This document shows positions 48,059 to 62,108 of a stretch of DNA of 64,000 nucleotides, one piece after another; the stretch's first letter is position 1, and each line of letters begins with the position of its first letter. Position numbers and translations under genes: made by a program. The notes beneath the pieces were generated by a model, which was not told the origin of the DNA, ran no database searches, and saw only the letters and a list, made by a program, of their open reading frames with translations. The stretch is from Lingula anatina (taxonomy: Eukaryota; Animalia; Brachiopoda). The stretch lies in the NCBI GenBank assembly GCA_051362555.1, contig JBPQGU010000013.1, positions 124,001 through 188,000 of the forward strand. Reading direction: 5' to 3'.

Positions 48059-51000
48059 TATATATTCTCTAAATATCTTTTAGTTTTATCGAAATCATTT
48101 GTATCATGTCTGACAGTAACCTGCTGTTATTAAGTTGATTTAAACAAACTTTACCTTAGAGATTTTTCTCAATGCGCCCTGGGGAGTGAGTTTGAAGTGA
48201 GAAAATTTCCAGTAATATATATTTCCAGAAATATTTTCAATTAAAGAAGGGAAAATGATCAACTGCTACTCAGAATGCCCTGAGAAAACAATTTATATTT
48301 TGGTCAATCTATTGCTAGCTTCATAGTATTTATAGAAACTGTGTCTTATTTTTCTTGAAGTAATTATTTTCTAGGCTGGTAGCCAGATGTAGAACAGTGA
48401 AGAAGCAAATTTAGCTGTTCCTACAAATCTGTTCCACAGGGCCCAGTTCACTGCTGTATATATAATTGATTATCAAAAAGAAAAATGTACAGGGGGGCTT
48501 TGGAGAAAGACATGCTGGATGTTATGCAGAGTTTGTGAATCAGCCATCAGATGTTAGAAGAAAATGATCACTATGATTCTGACACATTTTTGAACATCTA
48601 TACTAGTAACAGTATACTGGGGGAGAAAATGAAATGAAGAAATAAAAACTATCAGGGTTAAGGTTGAGCACATATGCCGTAGACCTGTAGAAAACATGTA
48701 TACCAAATGGCATGGGATTCCACAGAATAATGTTATCAACTAAAAGGTAACAGATCGATATAATACACAGGTGATAATAATTGAAGTGGTTGTGAAGAAA
48801 ATTATCACGTTGATGATTCTGACTTATCTCAACACATTGATCATAACAGTTTTTTATATTTTAAATTTTTCTTTTATAATTTTGAATTATGACTATATAG
48901 CTTGGGGTTCCCTACAGCTGACACAATGTGTAGTTGTGTCTAACTCTTGACATGATAGGATGCTACCTCTTCTCCTTACAAACCAAAGTGAGAAAAAAAC
49001 ATAGAAAAAAAAATCTGATATGGGTCATAAAAGAAGATCAAAGACTCTGGAGAGATGCCTTTTCTTGTCTGTTTCAAACTGATTGTGCATTCACATCTTT
49101 TCTTACAAGATCCTAATGAACTTCAAAGTAAACCACACCGAAGCCATTTAGGAAAGAGACTGAGTACAATAAGTGCTCTTCTCAATATCCTAGAATCAAG
49201 CACTTCCCCAGGAAGGTTTCCCAGGAATTGATGACGGAGAATTTCCTGGAGAAAGCTGCAGGATGCGGCGGAAGTTCTATGGGATATCCCACAGTGAGGA
49301 GAACTGATAACCTTGTGTAAGAATCTTAATGTGGAATCGATTTCATATTTTCTAAATGAGGTATTAATTGGATGAAAAAGGAATTTGTCTGGAGCCAGTG
49401 GGTGACGTTGCTCATTTTCTTCAGTTTTTTTATGAGGCAACAAATGAAAGTTGTTTGTGGAATCTCACAGTCTTATATGTGTCTCTTTCTTTATTCATCC
49501 TTCCAAATATCATGTCTTCATTATTCTTCTGTCTCTTTTTTTTCTCTGCACTCCCACCCTCAATCGAGCTCCCCCTCCCATCTCTAAGTATAATTCTTAA
49601 ATGTTTGTCTGTCAGTGATTGGTAAGCTTTAGATTAAATCTTTGGCTTGTGAAATCTCCCCCCCCCCCCTCTCTCTCTCTCTTGTCTCAATTTTAATCAT
49701 TTAGTCACATTTTCTCAATTGTATGGCCAGCAGAGCCTTCACCTACAGGTAAATCCTGTCTAACAGTAATTGCTACAGAACTGCTTTCACGTTGGTAAAT
49801 GATTCCCCTATGTCATCTCTGCTCCTTGAAGCTGATGAAATGCCGAATATCCCAGATTAGACAAGAAGATGAAAGCTCTAATATACACTGAAAATGAAAT
49901 CAGCTATCCATTTTGTCCGCTGGGTAAACCTGACAGAATAATTCTTTTTGAAGCACTGCTTGCCTCATTTCCCTCAGTGGGTATTGACTTTCTATAGCCT
50001 GCACAAACATACTGCTTTACTTCTAGATAACCCTTCACAATCCACTTTTCTCTTCAGATTTCTTTTTCATACAAGTGGCTGCAATGTTTAGCCAATTTAA
50101 ATCCTATCAACGATTTCCCAGAAATGCTGTAAAAGTCATAGAATTTTTCTGTCAGGGGTGCCTCAAAATTTGTGATTTGACACTCTGAGAAATACAGGAA
50201 TATTCATGTATTTTGTGTCTCAATTCATACAGCACTTTCACAGTTGTATCCTGCATATTTAAAGACAATATTACATTTTTTGTTTTGAGAAGTGAAGTTA
50301 GGTATAAGAGCCATACATTTTATAGTCTATGAACACAGTATTTCTATCATTTTTCATGGAATCAGTGCATGGTTTTCGTGGCTGATATTAAGATAAATTT
50401 TCTGCAAAAGAGGGAACTTGCTGAAAGTTTTTGTAGACAAATTAGTTTATGTTGATTAACCTTACATTAACTGTACTAGATCTAATAAAATCAAATTATT
50501 TATAACAAGTTAATTGTCATTTAGCACGTCTTTTTTAGTTTATTTCAATATGCTTCCATTCCTTTTTTTTTTTCAAGGAAACTCCTCATGTGTTCACGCT
50601 TGTATAATTTGTACAATTTCTTCTGAAATTTTACACTGAAACCATAATATACTGTAATAAAAAATGTACAATGACAAAAATTTCAAAATATTATTCCATA
50701 CCTGAACTTTTACTCTTTGGCTTCACTTCTGTAATAATCTTCTCTTCTTTTTCATAGATCTGAAAGAAAAGATCAGTGACTGAAGTATATATAATGTTGC
50801 CCAGTTTACCAATGGGAGTTGTACTAGTATGTGATAATTAATATGTGTAACATATGGTAAGTGCGTCTTGCATGATGACAATTCCATGAAACTTCTATAA
50901 CAGCTTGTAGTTAGTACAGATTGAAACCTGTGAATTGTTCTGTTTAATAAATATGTCTTGAATTTGAACATACAAGTCCAGCATGTCGTGTATGTGCACA

Positions 51001-53263
51001 AACGTTAGATAGTAGTATAAGTCCTCTTGGCTCGCGGTGTACAGTGCATGTCACTGTAATTTTCACCAAGTGCACAAAGTGATTTACTTTGAATAAAGAT
51101 TTCAAAATGATTTTGTGGGGGTTAATTTATCAATGATTTGATGAAAAATTAGCCATAACTTCAGCGACAGCAGACTCTATCTGGGGATTACAGGCCTGTT
51201 ATGAATGTATCTATATTTTCTAATGACTCGACTGAGAAAAATGATTATTTTCCAAGCACAGCAATGGATTCACACAAGCTGCCCCTGAGGGATGAGTTCT
51301 CTGGGCAGGTGAAAAAATCCTATTCTGCACTTGAGGGGAAAAATTAAAATTCCCTTGTTGTTTGATTACTAAAAAACATCATTAAAAATATAGAAAAGAA
51401 GTAACTTTAATTGGTTTTTATACATGTAATGGCATAAAAGATCTCCGCAATTGTTTCCCTGCATTTTAATTCCAAGAGTAACAGTTGGACCTTTTTTAAT
51501 AAAATAATAAAAAAAAAGAAAATACATGTACAGTACCATATTGTATAACAGAAAAGTTGGATATTCAGTATACAGTTGTACTATAAAACAATACTTGATA
51601 TGTCAAAGAAAAACTGTATATGTCAGTGCATATAAAATACCCCTTCCACAACATAAAGTTTAGGATAATTTCCATTTGAAGGACTGAGGAACTGAAAGCC
51701 CTTAGAAATCTGTCAGTAACAAATTTGATTCGGGTGGCACTTAATATGCAGATGTTTGTAATCTCAGGGAAGGTTCAAGTTCAATGTGGTAGTTGTGACA
51801 AGCTAGGTTGAGATTGTGCTGGATATCTCTAAGGTAGTGTTTAAAACTCTAGCTGATTGTGTTAGGTGTGACAGTGCCATTGTGTTAGGTGGGATTATCT
51901 TCATTGCTTTCGATCTTCTCCATGCATGGTTACCATAACATTAGAGATATTTTTCTGTCTGTTGCCAGCAACCAGCACACCCACTGCTCAGGAATAAAAA
52001 AGGGGACTTCAGGAATACGTGTGATGTGGTTAGCTCAGTCAGACATGTCTTGCAGAGAAGGGTTGTAACGAGCAGCCCGGGTGACCTACTGTAGTTGCCA
52101 TGACATAGCATTATACACTGGGTCAGGTTCACTAAGTTTACATGTGTCACAGCTTGTTGTCCATGTTGTGTCGTCGGCACACCTGGTGCGTTCACACATT
52201 TGTTCTTAACACGTGGTGCACGCACAAAATGCAACATTTTACACCAAGAGTACTCGATCATACCAGATGTGAAGTCCTTATGAGGTAAATTGAACAGATA
52301 TTTTCACGCATACACTCACTTACACAGAGTCATTTATGCAAATGCATGAAGCCATATGTTCACTGAAGGACCCTGGTGGCCGTACGCCATGTTTTGTCCT
52401 TCTAAGGTAAACATGGCAGACTGGTGTATACTAAGTACTGTAATTATCACACAAATGAATACATGTATTCTTACCAATGCACTGCTCCACTCAATACATG
52501 AGAAAATCATATTTTATGACTTTGATTAAAGCTTATTTGCCAATTTTGATTAAAACAAATTTAAAAATCACTCTGTTGGAAGACAGATGGCTAACATTGC
52601 AAACTAAACCACACTACAGCAGAGTAACATAGTCCGCAGATCAAATATGGCGGCATAACTTGAATGGCCATCCCACTTGTTGTTTATACCCCCCCCTTTG
52701 GGGAATCTATTCAGTGTCTATTGGGGGATTAGATGGTAAACTTTTAGGTGGATAGCCATATTCTGAATGCGGCCTAAGAATTCAAATTGGAATTCATGGC
52801 TGTCAGTTTATATTGGCGAGAGGCCCTGTTTATATTATAATTGATGCTTTTGACTTTAGTTTTGTCTAAATTGCAAGAAAAGTTACTTCAAATTCAGAAA
52901 AAGTTATTTCTGTTACCTAATACATCCGGTCAGATTAGTTTGATTAGATACTAAAACAACTTTTATAATTATTTCACATGTTGAAAAGCTTCGTTATTCG
53001 CAGTAATTGCTGAACATATTACCTTGATCGTTACTAACCAGACATAATCACAAAACAAATCGTGATTAAAACTACGATTATGAAATATGGTAGGAAGTGA
53101 CTTTTTAATGATCATGCGGAAGAGATGATGGTATGGGTAAAAAAGGGTTGAACTTTGATGGAGTATAGTTTTCTTCACTTATTCATTTCTGTCAAAACTG
53201 AATTGATTTTAGTTACTCACAGTTTTTTTTTTTTTTTTTTTTTTTTCCTTGACATAAATACGG

Positions 53264-54152
53264 AGCTTTGTTAGTATCATATTAACTTTTTTCTATTTTC
53301 ATTTAAGTTTTATTTTATGGAATTTTCACTGCGGTGAAAATAATTTACACCGCGGTAGAAAATAATTTACACCGCAGTGGAAAATAATTTTCACCGCAGT
53401 GGTAATTCCTGGCCATCTCGGCCCGGGTGATGAATAGGTAATGAGAACCTTACATTTGCCAGATGCCGTCACGGTTCATGCTATTGTTACATACACACAA
53501 GGCTGGTGTATCTGTTCGTGGGGCCACTGCCATTAACTTAGGTTTCCCGTCTATATTTACCACCTATATAATTAAAGTCCCGCTTGCAGTTTTATGCAGA
53601 GGGAATCCCATTGTTATTACTAAATACTTAACGTTATTTTTGGACAATGTATTTTTAAATATTTGTGTGATGTGTTTGCCCATAGATCTTATCTTAATAG
53701 ATGTAATCTCGGTTTCTTCAGAGAGGTTTCTTTCTACCAATATTCCTAATAATACGCAAGTTATTATAATGGGAAAAGCGACGTACAACATTGCAGCATT
53801 TCGGTGACTTTTAAACTATTCGAATACTGCCCGCTTCCTCCACATTCCTGGGACGATTGGCACATAGACTGGTTAAACCGCGTGCATGTGCATGTGAGTG
53901 TCTTTATCAACTTACTTCCCAGACATCTGGTAAATTTTGGATTCGTTCAACCTACATGTGTGCATCACCCGGGTCGAGATGGCCAGGAATTACCACCGCG
54001 GTGAAAATTATTTTCCACCGCGGTGAAAATTAATTCCCACCGCGGTGGAAATTATTTTCTACCGCGGTGTAAATTATTTTCACCGCGGTGAAAATTCCAT
54101 AAAATAAAACTTAAATGAAAATAAAAAAAGTTAATATGATACTAACAAAGCT
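53264..54152. mobile_element. Foldback / non-autonomous DNA transposon with ~170-190-bp TIRs containing CACCGCGGTG subrepeats
   Basis: Arm 53264-53432 is the reverse complement of 53963-54152 (AGCTTTGTTAGTATCATATTAAC ... GTTAATATGATACTAACAAAGCT); ~21-22-bp internal repeats; no clear TSD. Confidence 0.8.
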
Positions 54153-54593
54153 AACAAGCAAAACATAAATGAAAATCCTTATTTTGGGTGAAATTGCAAA
54201 TGAAGCCTTTTCCCTCTTTGAACCTTAAATTTGATTTGAGCCTCTGCAGGAGGTCACATGATATGTCACATAATATGTGAGCAGACGACAGGTGCCTAAT
54301 GTTTTAAACAAAAGTGTTCACTGGGAGCATGTCTGGTTGTTTTAGTTTGTTTGCTCATGGAAAGGATATTTATTTTTAGAGTTATTGGATTAAAACTAAA
54401 CAACCTGTTACTTAGCTTGCCATCTTTCAACAACTAGATCAGATGAATTATTGGATGTAATTTGTATATAAATTCTTTTTTATATACTGATTTGAAAAAT
54501 CTGTAAATATATTCTACAAAAATATGAATGGTGTTTCAACAATTAAGAGTGAATATAAACTTCATAACTGATCTCCAGAATCTGGCTAACAAG

Positions 54594-54642
54594 ACCCCCC
54601 CCCCCCTTCTCTCTCTCTCTCCCTCTTTCTCTCTCTCTCTCT
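54594..54642. repeat. (C)n(CT)n microsatellite
   Basis: Direct inspection. Confidence 0.85.
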
Positions 54643-54814
54643 GTAATGTATGTATAGAGAAAGACCTGCTTAATAAGACTGACTAAGTGAAACGTTATAA
54701 AGAAACAAAATGGTTTGATATTGGACAATTTTATGGTTTTTATTTTTATATGTTTTTATGTTTATATTTTCCCAGTAGCTATCTGGCCCTAATATCTTAT
54801 CCGCCTGACCTCTT

Positions 54815-57535
54815 TATTATGTACAGACACAGATGTGTCTGTACATATTGCCATCACCTGCGTCTGTCGTCGCCGATGGCGATGCCGTCGCCGTGCACTT
54901 TCCTTGTAAACACGATAAGTGGAAGGCAGTTTTACTTTTTGGCTTTATATTTACAGAGCTGATGAATATTCATAAAACGCAGGTCAAGTTCGAAAATCAG
55001 CATGATCGGGCCATTATTGTAGAAGTTATGCTGTTTTTTCACTTTTCAGCATATATGCAACCTTGTAAACACATTTAAAGGAAAACCGTTAGGCCTGTTG
55101 TCATGAAACTCACAGGAGTAATCAATCTTACTAAAACACAGGTCAAGTTCGAAAATCAGCATGATCGGGCCACTATTTTAGTAGTTATGCGCTTTTTTCA
55201 TTGTTCAGCATATATGCAACACTGTAAACACAATATAAGAAAAACAGAAAGCCCAATTGTCATTAAACTCACAGGAGTGGTCAGTCTTACTAAAACGCAG
55301 GTTGAGTTCGAAAATCAGCATAATCGGGGCATTATTTTAGAAGTTATGCTGTTTTTTTCACATTTCTTCAGATTTCCTCAGATTTAATTCTTAGGCATGT
55401 TAATAGCCTTATTATTTAAGTAATAAGATACGTAAAAGTGTTTGTTTGACATTTCCTGCATCTTTACAACATTGTTAGTTGATTATGTAAAAATGATGGT
55501 AAACTTGTTATCGTGTATTGTGTAATGAAGTGTCAAAAATGGAAATAAACTCATATCATTGCAGTTTGTCAGATTCAATCATTCACTATGTTCAGAATCT
55601 CAGAATGGAAGAAATTGGACATTTAACACTGTTCTATTGATATATTTCACATCTCATCAATTTTCTTTGTTGATCTTTTAAAAATGGCAGTAACCTATTA
55701 ATTTTGTTTTATGTTAAAAAAGTGTTAAAAATGGAAATAAACCCATTTCAGAACAGTGCAGTCTTGTTTACATTTTGGCATCTTTAAGGCGTGACTTTGA
55801 AGTTCCATCGGCCTAAAAACCTTTGTTAGTCACGTTTACTATTTGTCCATGATACTAATATTTTATTATTAAAAATTGATGATCATTATGCTGTTAAGCA
55901 TTATGTAATATTGCATCAAAATTTGAAAAAAACCTATTTTGAGCACTGCTCCCATGATGACCATTTAAGAAAAACCATGTCACTTACTGTTCTCAAACAG
56001 TACAGTTAATATGTACAGATGTGTCTGTACATATTGCCATCACCTGCGTCTGTCGTTGCCGTCGTTGCTGTCACTGTCGCTGTCGCCGGCGCCATGCACT
56101 TTCATTGTAAACACGATAAGTGGAAGGCAGTTTTACTTTTTGGCTGTATATTTACAGAGCTGATGAATATTCATAAAATGCAGGTCAAGTTCGAAAATCA
56201 GCATGATCGGGCCATTAATGTAGAAGTTATGCTGTTTTTTCACTTTTCAGCATATATGCAACACTGTAAACACATTTCAAGGAAAACCGATGAGCTTTTT
56301 GTCATGAAACTCACAGGAGTAATTGATCTTACTATAACGCAGGTCAAGTTCGAAAATCGGCATGATCAGGCCACTATTTTAGTAGTTATGCTTTTTTTTT
56401 CACTTTTCAGCATATATGCAACACTGTAAACACAATATAAGAAAAACAGATAGGCCAATTGTCATTAAACTCACAGGATTGGACATTCCTGCTAAAACGC
56501 AGGTTGAGTTCAAAAATCAGCATAATCGGGCCACTATTTTAAAGAAATGCAGTTTTTTTCACATTTCCTCAGATTTAATTCTTAGGCATGTAAACAGTTT
56601 CATTATTGAACTAATAAGATACGTAAAAGTGTTTGTTTGGCATTTCCTGCAATTTTACAACATTATTAGTTGATTATGTAAAAATGATGGTAAACTTGTT
56701 ATCGTGTATTGTGTAATAAAGTTTCAAAAATGGAAATAAACTCATATCATTGCAGTTTGTCAGATTCAATCATTCACTATGTTCAGAATCTCAGAATGGA
56801 AGAGATTGGACATTTAACACTGCTCTGTTGATATTTTTCCCATCTCATCAATTTTCTTAGTTGATCATATAAAAACGGCAGAAAACTGTTAATTTTGTTT
56901 TATGTTAAAAATTGTTAAAAATGAAAAAAAAAAAACATTTCAGCACAGTGCTGTCTCGTTAACATTTTGGCATTTTCAAGTTGTGACTTTGAAGTTCCAT
57001 GGGCCTGAAGACCTTTGCTAGTCACATTTTCTGAATATCCATAATACTAATATTTTATTATTAAAGTTGATGGTCATTATGCTGTTAAACATAATGTAAT
57101 ATTGCATCAAAATTTGAAAAAAAAAAACTATTTTGGGCACTGCTCCCATGATGACCATTTAAGAAAAACCATGTCATTTACTGTTCTCAAACTTACAGGA
57201 AAGAAACATGGGACTAAAATACAGCTTCAGTAGGAAATACAGTCTGTTTGGTAATTCTTACTGCCAGTTAAATAGTTCTTTTGTGAAAATTTAATTTTTC
57301 ACATATTGGCATTTTCAAGGTGTGACTTTGAAGTTCCACGGGCTTGAAGACCCATGCTAGTCACATTTTCTGAAAATCCATGATACGTATATTTTATTAT
57401 TAAAAATTGACGATCATTATGCTGTTAACCATTATGTAATATTGCATCAGAATAGAAGAAAACACAATTTTGGGTGCTGCTGCCATGATGACCATTATGG
57501 GAAAACCATGTTACTTATGATTGCCAAACTTTCAA
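54815..57535 (+). repeat. ~1.19-kb diverged tandem duplication; HINE/Helentron-like element with 159-bp core repeats
   Basis: AGATGTGTCTGTACATATTGCCATCACCTGCGTCTGTCG at ~54831 and ~56017; GTC-rich microsatellite, then CAGGTCAAGTTCGAAAATCAGC-type repeats at 54980, 55139 and 55298; a second ~220-bp block recurs at ~55777, ~56969 and ~57308. Confidence 0.65.
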
Positions 57536-59005
57536 AAAAGAAATACAGGACTAAAATGCAGTCTGAGTTGGAAAAGCAGTCTAAGTGACTTCTTTTTCTG
57601 GAAGTTATACATTTTCAAAGTGTAAACTTGTCACATATTTTAATTACATTGATATTACCTGTTGAGGATAATTTAAATTTGATGTTGAATTTGCAGTTTA
57701 ACATAATGTATTTTTGCATCAGAATTGACAGTAGCCTATTTTGTGCATAGTTATTTCCTGTTTTTTGTCTGTACATTTGACAGCTTTGCTGCCTTGTTTT
57801 TCTTTTTACATCTTGCTGTACAGTACAGTTATTATCTTGATAACAAATGTACATTTTGGACAAAAAAAAAAGAATTTCCTAGATGAAACAACAATTTTCC
57901 CATGCTAACCAATGGTTAATGAATCTGTTCCAACATTCAAAGTTAGTCCTTGGATATTTCTTTTTTTTTTTCAGAGTAGGAGATATGTTGATTGTTTTCA
58001 ACATAATTTTCATTAATGAAAAGATTTTTCCTTTTCAATCTCATTAACATCCAAGAACATTTGCAATCTGTGACACAAGTAGTTGTAAACAAAGCCCTAC
58101 ATGTTCGTATAGCACTCGTTAACTTGTACTTTTATCTTGTCACAACTGTGTAAGTACCCAGAATGAAGTGTTTACTACTTGTAGGAAAGCCACCAGTACA
58201 AGAGTTGCCATAATAGATAGTTTCTCAGGAAAACAGCTTGATTTTGATCCTTACCACTACACGCAGGCTGAGGAATGTGGAAACTGGGCAGAAACAAGAC
58301 GTGGTTCTAAGAAGTTCCAGTGCATACTTACGGTGTGTGTTGGAATGAAGGATACACTGGAGAGATGATTGGGTCTGGGTTGATATTTAAGCCAAAAATG
58401 AGCCGATATTTGTAACCTGAAGTCAAGTGGAGGGCAGACATTGTAGATCAAGTAAAAAAGGTGTTCATTCTTAGAATTACACATGGGGTAAATTTGAGCA
58501 ACTGTCTAAAGTAGTCTTTTTTAGACCACTTGAAATGTTCTCATAAGGTTTTGGCAAACTGTGAATGAAGTTTTTCGGTTTCTTGCAAAAAGCGTTTCTG
58601 TTTGTGAAGGATTTTTGTCAGTTTGAAATGAATGGTGTCTGAAATATTGGACAATTTTTTTTCTTGGTGAGAGAGATTTTTGCCAAATCTAGTTCAGTTA
58701 TAAAAATGATGTGATTTTTTTCTTCAGTCAACACAGCTGATGAAATTCTCTGTCTAGTTCAGTTTTATTTGCAAGAGATATGAACACAGTATATTACCTA
58801 TACACACATATTACGTGTACACTTAACCTCTACATAAGTTTGTGTCCCTAATCATTGTTTTAAGTAAAATATTCAACAAAAGGTCGCTGCAATATGTTAA
58901 TATACCAGCACAGTTGCTTGGAAAACATACTGTGGACCCACCAGATTAATTGGAGACAGACTAATTATAGATTGGAAAGAAGCAAAATGATTTGATAAGA
59001 AGTTG

Positions 59006-59172
59006 CAGGCCCGTAGCCAGCAATTTCAAAAGGGGGGTTCTTTTTCTGAAAAAGTGGACCTTTTTCCATAAAAACTTTATGTACCTAGATCAAATTTTAC
59101 CCAGAGTGGACCTTTTCCCAGCAAAAGGGGCAGTTCTTTCGAACCCCTCGAACCCCCCTGGCTACGAGCCTG
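59006..59172. mobile_element. MITE, 15-bp TIR, probable 5-bp TSD
   Basis: CAGGCCCGTAGCCAG ... CTGGCTACGAGCCTG (1 mismatch); flanks AGTTG / AGTTT. Confidence 0.75.
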
Positions 59173-59756
59173 AGTTTAGTGCAGTAAATGTGAAGATAGA
59201 TTTCTTTAATTCCATCAATTTATTTTTGTCAGTCTGCTCAACACCAAATTGTAATCATTTCAGTTTTGTGCCCCGCAGTAAGTAAACCTGCAACAGTGGT
59301 CTTTTTCTTGTGCATTATTACCAAGTAGCATATTCTGTATATAACTCAATGCTTATACTGAAGCAGACGGGAACAAAACCTTAACATAAATCAAAAGAAT
59401 TAATGTTTTTTAACTCCATTTAGAGGCAGTTATGGCATAACCAGATGAAATTTATCAATTTTTGAAAAAATTTATGTGTTATTTTTATAGCTAGCTAGGG
59501 GGTCTAGTAAGATTTTACTGTGAAAATAATGCAATCAGGGAATATTCCTGATGTCCTCAATTTTTAATTGTATTTACCAACTACGACTTTTTGAGTCCCA
59601 AACTCAAAAATACCCATTAAATAAAGGTTTCAAAAAGTCCGAATAAGATTGAAAGTTAAGTTTATAAGTATCTTTGGCTTCATTCAGTTGACTAAATACT
59701 CTACAGGTGAAATATGGCAACCCACTAAAAAAGCTTGCCGTCTAACCCGCTAATTA

Positions 59757-59927
59757 CAGGGGCGGATTTAGGCCTTAGTCTTCTGGGTCTTCTGGAAGAC
59801 GGTCAGATTTTCAAGTTTACATTGAAGGGTATCTATTTTTTTCTGTTGGAAGACGGTCAAAAATTGAGGATGGGTCAATAAAGATAACTTGGAAGACTGT
59901 CAGAAAATATCTCTGGATCCACCCCTG
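59757..59927. mobile_element. MITE with CAGGGG TIRs and 5-bp TSD AATTA
   Basis: AATTA|CAGGGGCGGATTTAG ... CTGGATCCACCCCTG|AATTA; three internal GGAAGAC motifs. Confidence 0.75.
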
Positions 59928-61433
59928 AATTATACACACTGAAAGAATTCCCCGTGGGGAAGTATTCCCTGTGGGTCGGCCATATTTGACCCTCAGACTA
60001 GTTAGTCCACTGTTCTGAATACGGCCTTTAACAGTGTACTTTAACCAAACAGTGCAGCTGTAAAACAAGAAGCAGATCACACTGTTGACAGAACTCTACA
60101 AGGCACAGTTTGCACCTGCTGAGACAGAATGTAACTTCGCAGCAGAACCATGTTGGCATAGTTTGTTTTGATTGGAGGACAGATCTGGGTGGTGATACAC
60201 TGTGAAGTAATGGTCCCTCTGTCTAGAACCATGCTGTTCTTGTCAATTTCTTAGAATTTCTTTTCTCTTTATTTTGCTGTGTACCCTGGAGTCTTATTAT
60301 TGGCAGTATATCATCAAATGGCAGGGTATTATTTTGAAAAAGAGAACCTCTTCACCGTGTTCACATAGAACCAAGTTGAAATTAAGATTTCTAAACTCCT
60401 TGCAGTTTGTAGTTTTTTTAGTTCACTAGCTGTTTTATCACCAATTGAGGGCATGGAGAGAGCGTATGGCATTACAAATTGGCTTTTCCAGACATCATTG
60501 TTTTAACTTCATTGGCTAGTAATGTCAGTCAGTTTAACAGTGTTACATCTGTGAAAACTGGAGGACAGTGGACACCTTGCTCAGAAATTTTGGGGGACAA
60601 ACTTCTCACTAGTCCCCCCCCCCCCCCCCCAAAAAAAAAAAAAAAAAAAAAAGAATTAAGCTCTCAATGACACTTCCTAATTTTTAATAGTGGGTAATAA
60701 CATGCTTAAAATCAAATTTGATGGGACATGCGAGGATTTAAATTTTTTTAAAAATCTGTTGGTTTTTAGTCAAATGTTTTTACTAAATACACCAAATTGA
60801 CAAAAAAAAGTCATTTATTTGGAAACTTATCATAAAACTTATTTTAAAACTTTTAATATTGACTTTTTCCGTCAAGTTTATTCAATAAAATAATAAAATG
60901 TTATTCATATGCATCTGACATTTTGCCATGACTTGATGTAAAAAAATTAACTTTAAACAAAGTTTCGATGGACATTTTGTTTTTAGTTTTGTGCCATTAG
61001 CAGCAGGATGCCTCAGAATGAGAGACACATTGTTTTCAATGCAGGAATGTTGCAATGGCGCAGGCCAGATGTAACACTGGTTTGGAAGAGCTGTATTACA
61101 TGTAAATGACAGTGTATATTTTACAATAGGAAAATGAGAATCAGGTACGGGCAGTTAACTTAATGCTGGCACTGATATGACAAAAGGCGCTCATAAAAAA
61201 GAACTGCATCACACTTTGTTTGACCAAATGTCAACAAAATTTTGAAATAAATGTAGTCAACAATGCATCTAAGTGCTGCAAATTGTGTCATTTGTTGCTG
61301 TGATGAATTCAGACTATATTAACACACAATTCCCATGCTAATGCCTACAACCATTCAGCTTTAATTGGTTAACAAATGCTGTTGGTAAAATCTGTCTGGC
61401 AGGAGGCAATGGTGTCTGGCTGCCTTAGACCCC

Positions 61434-61642
61434 ATTTCCAGAGATTAGATCGCTCTACTTTAGATCGACCTAACTTCCTGGGGGTTCACGCTAAATAGCT
61501 GTCAGCTGGGCGGACACGAAAGTTAATTACCCCCTTACAGCTTGTAGTAGGCGGGATGGACATTTAAGCCGAATTATCTGACAGTAATCTAGTGAGACTC
61601 CCCGCGGGGATAGATCGATCTAAAATCTCTGGGAATACAGCC
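61434..61642. mobile_element. Degenerate palindromic MITE-like element
   Basis: ATTTCCAGAGATTAGATCGCTCTA is an imperfect inverted repeat of TAGATCGATCTAAAATCTCTGGGAAT. Confidence 0.5.
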
Positions 61643-62062
61643 ATAGTCTTAGATATGTCTTTAAGCATTGTCTCCAGCTTGGTGGAACTTCATCTTGCAG
61701 GTTTATATCAGTATATCTATTAGAAAATTATCCCTGGGTGTGTTCTAAGTAGAACAGCCCTGAGCCGAGCAAAATGTCACTTTCCATGAGTAATCTTAGC
61801 AATAATGACGTACACGTACCAGGCACTGATACAACAGTATTGAAACCAATCAATTCTCAGCTTTTATTTGAGCATTGTTAGATCTGATAATGAGCAGTAA
61901 TTCATTCTATGATTTAGAAGTCTTCAAAAGCAATCTTAAAGTTCAAATCAGAATTTTTTATGTATTGCAGTTTCAGAACAATTAATAAATGTTGTGTTTA
62001 AAATTAATATTTGTGTGACATTCAAGTAATTAAAAGAAATTTAATATGAGATACGGACATGA

Positions 62063-62063
62063 T

Positions 62064-62098
<35 letters not shown>

Positions 62099-62108
62099 TG
62101 TGTGTGTG
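62063..62108. repeat. (T)n(GT)n microsatellite
   Basis: Direct inspection. Confidence 0.85.

Noticed and set aside
48554-52261. Short ORFs (60-106 aa) in the unique region
   Set aside because: Mostly non-ATG starts, low-complexity AT-rich translations, no motifs
58168-58368. Possible host exon after TTGTAG (RKATSTRVAIIDSFSGKQLDFDPYHY...)
   Set aside because: No recognisable homology and no partner exons; cannot be supported without RNA-seq or a similarity search
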